From Thermoplasmatota archaeon (lineage in GTDB: Archaea; Thermoplasmatota; JAKEGO01), in assembly GCA_028279595.1 (NCBI GenBank), contig JANQNK010000006.1:137951-201950 (forward strand): 64,000 nt of DNA. Direction: 5' to 3'. The notes beneath the pieces were generated by a model. That model worked only from the letters and a program-made list of their open reading frames with translations, made no database searches and was not told where the DNA came from. A program made the translations under genes and the position numbers. Shown one piece after another: positions 51,501 through 58,500 of this stretch; positions within the stretch are counted from its first letter, which is position 1, and each line of letters begins with the position of its first letter.

Positions 51501-52481
51501 ATTTGTACCATTAGCGATGATAACCTGTGCTGAATCTGTAGGAACTACCAATCCATTAGCATTTGCGAAATATCGAACCGGATCTGCTTGAACCGTGTTA
51601 TTGGTCGGAATATCATGAGTAGTGAAATGATATTCCTCAGTTCCACCCATCCGAATACCTGTGCCGTCCATCATATTTGAAAAAAGTGAGCAGCTAGCAG
51701 AAGACGAAAGAGTGATTCCAGAATCTGGTCCAAAGAATCTGTTTTCAATAACCAATGTCATTTCAGCGCCAGAAATCGTTAAACCCGAATTATTTCGGTA
51801 ATTATTTTTCTGAATTGTTGAATTACTACCGACCCCATACCACATCCCAATACCTTGACTTAGGAAGCGGTTATGTTCAATGATGTTAGTACTGCCTCGA
51901 ATATGCATGCCTTGATCACTTTCGATGTGATTCATGAAGAAATGATTGTTATCATCAACTGAATTTCTTATAGCCCAACTCTCATCATTTCCACCTTGAA
52001 AGAAACAATAGGACACTGTTGTGTTTGGACAATATGGTTGTAGATCGATAGCAAAATTGGATCGTGAAAAGGAACAATTAGTTATGGTTGTGTTTTCAAC
52101 GCTCCAAAGTAAAATACCGGCCTTCTGACCACCTTGTGAAATGTTAAAACCAGATATGTTACACCAACCGGTATTCCAGAAATACATTACCTCGGCGGTT
52201 CCGTCTCCAATGATTCCAGTACCATTAGAGTGATTTCCAAATAGATTTAATGAGATTTCGACATGGATATTTTCCTGATAGGAACCGTTGTATACCAAAA
52301 TGGTATCACCATCAACGGATGCGTTGACCGCATCCTGTATCTTGTTGTAATCGGACCATTTGAGATCCGCATCGTCATCGTCGACGATCCAGGTTTCTCC
52401 ACTCGCTTGAGTGGATCCCAAGAAAAGTACAATTAAGCCAACGGCTAGCGTGAGACGTAGAACGGCCTTAACGGTCATCAT
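42591..52481 (-). CDS. Giant (3296 aa) surface protein: right-handed beta-helix (NosD/pectin-lyase-like) modules, Ig-like repeats, FN3, TM and cytoplasmic Zn ribbon
   Basis: Signal peptide, repeated (I/Y)VDDD...IQ.A...A..GDTI.V..G.Y.E module heads, GNYWSDY...DRYPL, WDT...DG.Y.I repeats, terminal CPTC...CPSC. Confidence 0.9.
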   Translation of the reverse strand: MMTVKAVLRLTLAVGLIVLFLGSTQASGETWIVDDDDADLKWSDYNKIQDAVNASVDGDTILVYNGSYQENIHVEISLNLFGNHSNGTGIIGDGTAEVMYFWNTGWCNISGFNISQGGQKAGILLWSVENTTITNCSFSRSNFAIDLQPYCPNTTVSYCFFQGGNDESWAIRNSVDDNNHFFMNHIESDQGMHIRGSTNIIEHNRFLSQGIGMWYGVGSNSTIQKNNYRNNSGLTISGAEMTLVIENRFFGPDSGITLSSSASCSLFSNMMDGTGIRMGGTEEYHFTTHDIPTNNTVQADPVRYFANANGLVVPTDSAQVIIANGTNITVTDQRISSCIIGIDLIYSENCNVTSINNDNITYAGIRILRSESIYCNNNSISSSLNGLIIDHGTMIQVNNSMLSNNNVGVNIEDSDNITISNNIINDSGWGILTDDNEDIDITLNSIYRCGNGIQNTRMISGNISLNNITNSSFDGIRLHDSDLIILNENEIVSSNDRGIHIFFSEFTNFDSLMIHDNEFSDNGDYGIQITGSGSPSSVKIHHNRFIDNGGEFSQGAGGENGTWDYESYGNYWSDYDGTDTDGDNIGDKAYEIDDPGDVYDRYPLMSLDDSNTWIVDDDNGSWRDFEHIQDAINASEDGDTILVYEGYYYEDLVNVSVSVTIIGNGTEEVLVDTYTFDIVNESVTLQSMNLNYTEDGYIWIYGDSCTFDDVKTNITLRMYTNDSVLVNSELKSIEHSRGDRTRIQKNTIYGRIQMSRSNGFAFHDIDFDHTKTESRALRFGIKGHWNITNISVTNCRFDSSHAGIMLEATNMLITNCTFKDVTYGINVSSDSENVEIRNCEVSSGWRGYFVNRSKNVVMVDNSVRAEHGLFVWFSTNISIQNLDCIIVDDSHGNAIEYWDSNNVMMWDSSIVNTSISGNSDVTGIYLDGSPDNYMRNISVIDFSQSLWLDDNSSVQIVNSTLEEDGDDWGDDIWCGGSSITTLNTSFTTVNVWGDSNIIVQNYLHVSVVKATNVATEGVDIHITDNNVTVYSTDGYGGTDPQTGANGTAHWIVITDRTYTDNSTAIENVTAIEMMFGNWTEYRDINMSTSHTEKFTYIEPYAGPTWYVDDDNTGDPEMDGSPDHPFDTILRGMENATINHTLRVWAGTYDENVTVNHTGLWIIGNGSANTTIFGLGTGDVLWLYANDVTISGVRITNSGTGAGDAAIDTNTMTNVTIHDVLVAGSEYGIYIDGSHDVEIINSTAEDSSYGIRSEASQWINITNIDANRNTNTGIWMLDTDNVMITGGSIRKNTNDGIHLEDVPGAYISAVSIEDHGDDGIEISDSDQTVVSGCMIINSTFGIFSSQSSLVQVLSTNVTESSNDGMAFSLLSDNFLVENCSISDSNRGIIVDSTIGGRIGNTTISSSTSSDITVATTGSATTINSDFSSVSVDISSTLTVKNYLQIRVINQYNEPWNNADVNITDNDESVYASAGYNGTDPKTAKNGYIDWVLVTDRIYDGSSTAIENETKAYAMAEGTEANLTINMSWSHVEELVVNMSEEGILYVDDDNAGDPDMDGSRVHPFDTIQKGLDNATIGNVIRIWDGLYREVLNITLEVTLLGNGSTSEISSSDDIVLLTISSHNVTIESVNITNNFNTGTGIHAVDSDNLTIRNSILWALDDGIMINNSENVLIQGTEFERGDTGIQVVEGRNITAMDLSLTNINDEGLGYYNVDEIVIFNNTFDSVDTGIYLDDCGNVTISQCDLSGDDDGLYIFNSLNISMLSCNISTSENGVVIERSEMIHLEQIYIDQPRFGIESIDSSFVNITSSNIKSDTLGVNCVNSSNMVLESIEVISIYLGIKLNESTSIIMRNVSLEGDSYNFGVEGTSLVHYLHDIDTSNSVDGHEMIYLVSQPDMTYINGTYGYIGIVNSSAMVDVVVHNNQQGILAVYCDEVSIRGDLSRNRIGVYSQNSTSLNLTNVELIDTVYGMTIYETDNTRMVRSTIDDTRYALILHNDTDVYLENSTISSQQATEVDNSNVTTLNVSYSGGISVEDGQWVVMNYLLIHVNDTNGQDLEGADVQVKDNDDVIYASNGYGGTDPATNSDGYVRWIIVTDRIHGELGIAQNTTTVDVQTPQWSEQRDVDMTTSHTEWFDEVEPANEKPWVQIFDPEDGASISRSSSYVILGNATDNDGEVILVEIRFDSESSWQSCQGTMDWTYDWDTSLYSPGDHDIHVRSEDNNFEYSEVFTITVELVDNQAPNCTITAPENDVYVNGTVMIEGRADDPEGDMDEVEVAIMPEGVSPSLNDWVQADDTSGNGSWFSWEYEWDTMSPNRTDDGVYDIYARARDGENLTRAVTINVSLDNPDDPTVSIKEPKKDDELVGIITINGTARDPDHDGNVTDVYVAITERGVEPEGSDWQDAEDTSGSKDPYWFWEFEWDTTEIEDGNYTIHAMSYDGGNISEVLSRNVSIDNVNTLPRTFITFPEESDRLSGEVDVTGYTIDPDDELDSVDLTVFWIEDGEVQNQHTLFVPVQKVAWNRWNWTVSWDTRDEEPGNYTLQANSTDRRDGVSPEYLVNVTVWKNVPPLISFTNPDGVDDTVWKGEQSWFFIQWEDDDPDNNATIRIYYDDDDEDFDGTKLHDGVFYEDTLDDNGQPKDDYQWDVTDIPEGDYWLYATIEDGVNEDPTKVYAEYVLPIREGSPNVPPTVEIDQPDGVDDMIDPGDEFTIYFNVSDEDGDEVEVRIFYDTDDERSNGGFEEITETALTESRTEFKWDTDGVDKGSYYIMFKLKDVENEVFIYSDGPITIGDVIEPDGIGSPLAEDVGFGDTLNLTWTAPGDDGDEGRATAYLIRYDNEDITSEGRWDIATNVTNDLVPKEPGENEWIHVVLPDNGTYFFAVRAIDDEGNLGPIVTMSGTPTLLERTNEFSISGGFSIKLTWVGNRIILGGDGFYDDDIPTGVISLDAYVEVVPYGAGEYRDVRMEITYPSSLDDTNGIEDAKIYHLVGAAWMPIDDTETDTEDRTITADLEDLSTFGVFIPISEPPELSSLTYSPDFPTEDDTITFTVIFTYELPNVFPTEVYLFVDETRYEMSWQNGTSIDGMTFYVRTKLPKGEHDIVVKAYGNTFEEISSVETTIYVEEGDDESEFPIMIVAGIVIAVVVVVLLLGMSRQRKKKRAEEMAKEISPTAPVDVIEAEVYEAVVEFEGPPAFSEGEEPPAVAVAAAPAEAAPAEAAAPVEAFPEVPATPPPRLELPTVPGMAPIKKPEPEAPKAIETEVMDIGKIMVAPCPTCGHNLIIPKERPVDIKCPSCEDEFTIE

Positions 52482-52512
52482 GTCATCTCCGGGGGTTCGT
52501 ATGGCTCCTGGT

Positions 52513-52540
52513 TATAAATACGTAGTGGAAACGACCGGAC
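52513..52540 (-). promoter_or_regulatory. Conserved promoter motif, copy 1 (upstream of the 3296-aa gene)
   Basis: TATAAATACGTAGTGGAAACGACCGGAC (+), nearly identical to 61021-61048. Confidence 0.7.
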
Positions 52541-52591
52541 GATGGCTCCGCTGGATATGATGAATTTGAGGGGGGGAAATGTGCGGTGATA

Positions 52592-55500
52592 TCAGTTCAC
52601 TGTGAACTCTTCTCCGCACTTCTCGCAGCCGATGTCGACGGGCCTCTCCTTCGGGATTATCAACCTGTTCCCGCAGGACGGGCACGGAGCGAAGATCAGT
52701 TTGCCGGTGTCGGTAAGGTCCGCCTCGACGACCTCGGGTTCGACCTCGGCGGCCGGCGCCTCGGGAACTGTCGGCAGGGTAAGCATTGCGGGAGCTGCTC
52801 CCGGCACTGCGGCAACCTCGTGTACCTCCGCGGGCGGAGCCTCTACAGGGACTCCCTCGGGCGCAGCGGCTGCAGCCTCGGCCGCGATGTGCGGAGGCAC
52901 CTCGCCAGCTGGCTCGGCCACCGTCGCTTCTACCTCGACCGGTACCTCGGCCGTCACTGGCTCACCAACGTCCTCGAAAGCGTCGGATGCCACCGTGGCC
53001 TCGACGACGTCCGGTTTCGCGGGCTCCTTCTCGACCGCCTTCTTCTTCCGACCGCGCATGACCATCAGTATGATGAGGACCAGGAATATTCCCCCGATCG
53101 CACCGAGGATGATGCTCATCGAAATGCCTTCCTCCTCGTCCTTCTCCTTGACGATGAGGCTCATTGGCGTGGACTCGGACTCCTCCTCCGGATCGCCCCA
53201 GTAGTACTTGGCGAACACGGAATACGATCCCGGGTCGAGCTTGACAGTGGCAGTGTAGACTATTCCGTCCTCGGGTGTCCCGTTGACCTCGGTTAGGGAG
53301 ATCCTCTGGTTGTCTGCGAAAAGGTATATCTGGTTCGGCTCCCTGCCGGCGAGGTCGGTGTAGGTCACCTCGAATGTGACGCTCTGGTCCTCCTTCGGGC
53401 TCTGCGGCGACCATGTGACATCCACCTCGGGCTCGCCTATCGGTAGGCCGAGCGGGGCGAATATCGATAGCTCGTCGAGTACGCACCAGATGGTCCTGTT
53501 ACCCTCATGGTGGCCAGTCCTGTCGACCTCCTCCCAGCCTGTGAGCGTGCGCCTGTAGACCTTCGCGTCCGAGACGTCCACCGATGCGAGATTGCTCGGG
53601 TAGACGAAGTTCAGCTTCACTTCGCTGACCCACCCCGTTGCTTCGAGAGAGACGTAGATATCATCCAGTGTTGCCAGACCGGTGCCGACGATCGAGTACT
53701 CTCCGACCTCTTCCTGCGCGTCGATCGTTCCGGTTCCCAGCCATGAGTACTGAGCCCCGTAGCCGCTCGGAAGGCTCCTGATCGTGCGACCTGTCGTCTC
53801 AACGAGCGTCGGAGTGGCTGAACCGGATTCGATCGGCCCCATGTTGTCAGCGTCGTCGAACGCCCTGACCGCAACGTGGTACTCCGTATCCACCTGGAAG
53901 TCATGGCTCAAGGTGAACTCGACCTCTTCACCGGGAGTGGTTGGCCAGTAGAGTGTCATTGAATTCGATGCATCATCCCAGTCGTCCTCATCATCGATTG
54001 ACGATGACGATGACCGGATCATGTAGTAAGCGATATCACCGGACCATCGATCGTCACCGGGCATGGTGAACGTAATGCCGAGGTCCCCGCCGAATCCGGT
54101 GTCCTCCACTGTCAGGTTCCCAACACCGGCAGGTGCGATCACATCGCCGATGGTCAGTGTGCCCGGACTCGTCTCCCAGACCTCGACCGTGCCGTCGTTG
54201 ACCTTCGCGTGGATGTAGAACTCACCGGTGATCGCGTTGGTCGTCCACGTGTACTCGGTGTCGTCCTGATCGAGGGCGCCGTCGGTTATCTCGCCCTTGT
54301 AAGCGGAAGTATCAGTATCGTTGTCGTAGTACAGCCTGATCGTGAGATCGTCCTCGTCGATGTCACTCGCGTTGAAGTAGATCGTGTAGGAGCCGTCCTC
54401 GTCGATCCTGTCCTCCTTGCTCCCGTTCGGCTGGGTGATCTCGATCTCGGGCGCCTCGTTGGGGCTGCCCTCGTGGATGGTTATTGTACCGTCGCTGACC
54501 ACGACGACGTCGGCGTTCTCTCCGTCCGAAAGGACGGCATAGATGTAGTAGGTCCCCTCGTCTACGTCGAAGATGTCCCACTCGTAGTCATCCTTCTCGT
54601 GGCCGCTTCCGTCCTCCTCGTCCTCGCTGAGTCCGGTGACGATCTCGGTCCCATCCTCGCCGTCGTCGTCCTCGTCGTAGTAGAGGTCGATGGTTGCGTC
54701 ATCGTCGGGGTCGTCGTCCTCCCACTGGATGAAGTAGGATTCAGTCTCGCCCTTGTAGACATCGTCGTTAACACCCTCCTCGGGGTTGGTGAAGTTGAGT
54801 GTCGGCGGGATGTTCTCGTAGACGGTGACGTTGACCGCCCAGGTATTGGATTCCATACCGCGCTCGTCGATGGCCCTTGCGTAGATCGTGTACTCTCCCT
54901 GGTTCCACTCGCTGGTGTCCCACTCGGCCCACCAGTCCCAGCGGTCCCATGCCACCTTCTCGAACGTGACGTCGAGGAGGTCGTCCTCGAAGTCGTCGTC
55001 GTCGATCGACACATTGATGGATTCGATCTCGTCGTCGGTGTCACGAACGAAACCAGTCACATTGATGGTGCCGCTGACCCCTTCGTCCTCCTCCGGGTCC
55101 TCGGTGACCGTCCTCGGGACGAAGTTGACGTTCTCGACCGTAACGTTGACGGTGTCGATCTCGGACGTCTCGTTTCCGTCGTACGACATCGCATGGACCG
55201 TGTAATTGCCGTCAACGACCTCCGTGGAATCCCATTCGTAGGTCCAGGTCTCCCAGGTCCCATTTTCGGAGGTGTCGTTCGCAAGTTCCCATCCTGAAGC
55301 ATCCTCTCCGGCCTCGGTGATGGCCACCCACACGCTGATGACCTCGTCGTTCTCGTCGGGATCGTCCGCTGTGCCGTTCACGAAGTATGTGGCGTTGATC
55401 TCCATCCCCTCGGTCGGATCGAGTATCTCGACGGTCGGGGGATCGGGATTGTATACCGTGATGTTCACAGAGGCCCAATCGGAGTACGCGGTGCCGTCGT

Positions 55501-58500
55501 AGGCGCGGGCCCATATCGTGTATTCCCCGTCGTCACCCTCGGATGTGTTCCAGAGGTACTCCCAGGATTCCCAGGTGTTGTTGTCCGACGTGTCCTCGGC
55601 GTCGTTCCAATCCTCGCTCTCTGGATCGGAGCCGTTCATTGTTATCGCGACCTCCACCAGGTCGATGTCCTCGCCTCCGTCCTGATCGGTAGCGTTGCCC
55701 TTGACCGGGATCTCGCCCTCGACGACCTCGTCCTCCATGGGTTCGGTTATCGAGATGTTCGGCGCGAAGTTCGTGTTGTCGACGGTGACGTTGACGATGT
55801 CCTCGGCCGAGTACAGGTCTCCGTCCCACGACCTTGCGAAGATCGCGTGCTCGCCGTCCTCGACCTCGGAAGTGTTCCATCTGTAGGACCATATCTCGGT
55901 CCCTGTGCATGTGTGCCAGGTCCCGTTCCAGTCTATCTTCACCTCGACGCGGACGACCGTCCCGTCGGGATCGGACGCATTGCCGTTGATCTCGTACTCG
56001 CCACCGACGGTGTCGTCCTCGGCCGGATCGACGATGGATACGAGCGGGCGCTCGTTCCCTGCGCTGCCGCCCTCGTTGAACCACTCGGTGTGAGTGGTGT
56101 TCATGGTGACGTTACGGACCTCCTCCCACGTGTTGTTCTTGACGATGACGACGGTGTCGTTCTCGGTGGCACCGGCCTTTCCGTAATAGATACGGTCGGT
56201 GACGATGATCCACATCACGTACCCGTCGCTGTCAGTTCTCTCGTCGGACCCTCCATAGCCCGAGGACGCGTAGATAGTGTCGTCGTTGTCCTCGACCTGA
56301 ACGTCGGCGTCCTCGAGGTCCTCGCCTATCGTGTTGTTGGCGTGGACGTGCAGGAAGTTCTGCACTATGAGTGTGGAATTGCTGGTCATGTCTGTGCTGT
56401 TCTCGTCGAGGTAGGTGTTGAGTATCCTGATCTCGGAAGCATACAGTTTGAACTGGTCCTCGGCCATGCCGATGGTGGTGTTCACGACGATCAGGTCCTC
56501 GGTGTTCATGAAGAGCATGCCCTGGACGTTCGGTTCGACGTCGGCATTGTTGATCTCACCGTCGCAGTTGACGAATCCGGCGTATCCCATTCCTCCGGAG
56601 ATGTCGAGGTCCGACTCGTTGACCCTGTAGTAGACGGTCATACCGTTTACCTTGTTCGACTTCGTGATCGTGTGATAGTAATGGTCGATCTCGGTGCCGT
56701 AGATGTCCATGTTCATCGAGTTGTTGAAGAGCTCGTTGCCGGCGACGTCGAGGTACATCGAGGTATTGATGACAAGACCGCGGAGCGTGCTGTTCTCGAT
56801 CCTGTTGTCCATCACCTGGACGTTGTCCACGTCCTTGAGCTGGATACCGGTGGTTGCGTTCATCACTCCGTTAGCCATGACCTCTGGATCATCGTAAGCA
56901 CCCTCTCCCGTGGATAGCAGCGATATCCCGTGTTCGGATGCGTTGACGATATGGTTGTCGTGGACGTAGATGCCGGAATCGAACTGCGAGTTCACCGCAA
57001 CCTCGACCTCGGAGATCGAGTTGTTGTGGACCGTGACAAGACCCGAACTTACCGACTGGACGCCTGCAAGCGCGTTTTCGATGGTGTTCCACCCGACCTC
57101 GACGATGGAAGCACCGAAGACGTAGACTGCCTGGTTCTCCATGTACATTATCGAATTCCCGCTTGCGTTGACATCGGTGGCAGAGAAGGATGTGTCAAGG
57201 AACCCGATGCCGATCGTCGCGTTCGTCAGGGTGTTGTCGATGACCGAGACCTCGTGTACCTCGGTGTCGGAGTAGACCATCGCATAGGCATTGTCGAACT
57301 CGTTCTCCTCGATCGTCACGTTCCATGAGTCCCCGATCTCTACGGAGTAATAGTAACTGTATACTGTATTGTTGTAGACCGTCCCGTTGATACAGTTCTC
57401 GACCATTACGCCGGAAGCGGAATCGTTGAGCTCCCTGTGCTCGAGATGCGAGTCCATGACCGTGAAGTTGGTGCAGTTCAGGAGATATATGGCGTACTCA
57501 GGATTGTTGATGGTGAGGTTGTCGAACAGGAGGTTCTCGGCCATTCCGATGGCGATCCCGTAGTCGAATCCTTTGATCACCACCGAATCGATGGTGAGGT
57601 TCCATGCTGCATCCGTCCCGTTGAGGCCGACCTCGGAACCGGCCGACCTGTTGATGTAGACCAGCTCGACCGTGACGTTCGCAACATTGACCACGACACC
57701 GTTCTCGTTCTCGAGCGCCTTGATCTCCGTGTCGGATGCGTTGCCCTTGAGCTTGATCTCCTTCTCGATGACGACCTCCTCCTCGTAGACGCCGTCGAAG
57801 ACGCGGATAGTCATCCCGTCGGTGGCGTTGTCGAGCGCCCTCTCGATGGTGTCGTAAGGATGCTCGAGGGAGCCGTTCATCTGCGGGTCGCCGGTGTTCG
57901 TCCAGTCGACGAAGAAGATGCCCTCGAGGCTGATGTTGATCTCGATCTCCTCGATGTGGCTCGTCGCCATGTCGACGTCGACCAGTACCTCCTCGCCGTC
58001 GAACTTGGCCGAGGCGTTGGTGATGTTCTGTGTGGCTGTGTTCGAGCCGTCGTATATCCTGTCAGTGATGAGCAGTTCCTCGATGTATCCCTTGGGACTT
58101 GTCTGTGGATCGCTGCCACCATATCCGTCCGAGGAATATTCGGTGTTGTCGTTGTCCTCCACCATCACGTCGGCGTCCTTGATGCCTTCGCCGTACTGGT
58201 TGACCACCCGGACGGTAAGGTAGTTCTTGACAGTCAGGGTCGAGGTGACGTCTATCGAGACCTCGTCCTCCGTGAAGTTCACATTGTAGGTGGTGACCTC
58301 CGAGTTGGTGGAAAGCTCGATGTCGTTCGACGTCGAGTCGCTTATGCTCGTGTTGCCGACCTCACCACCGAACGACTGCTGTATCGAGATCCCGTTGTTG
58401 TTGCTGCGAAGTTCGCTGGCCTCGATCGAAAAGACGTTCGATGTCGCCCTTAGGGCGAAACCGTTGCTGGTCGAGGATATGATGTCGCAATCGCTGACGT

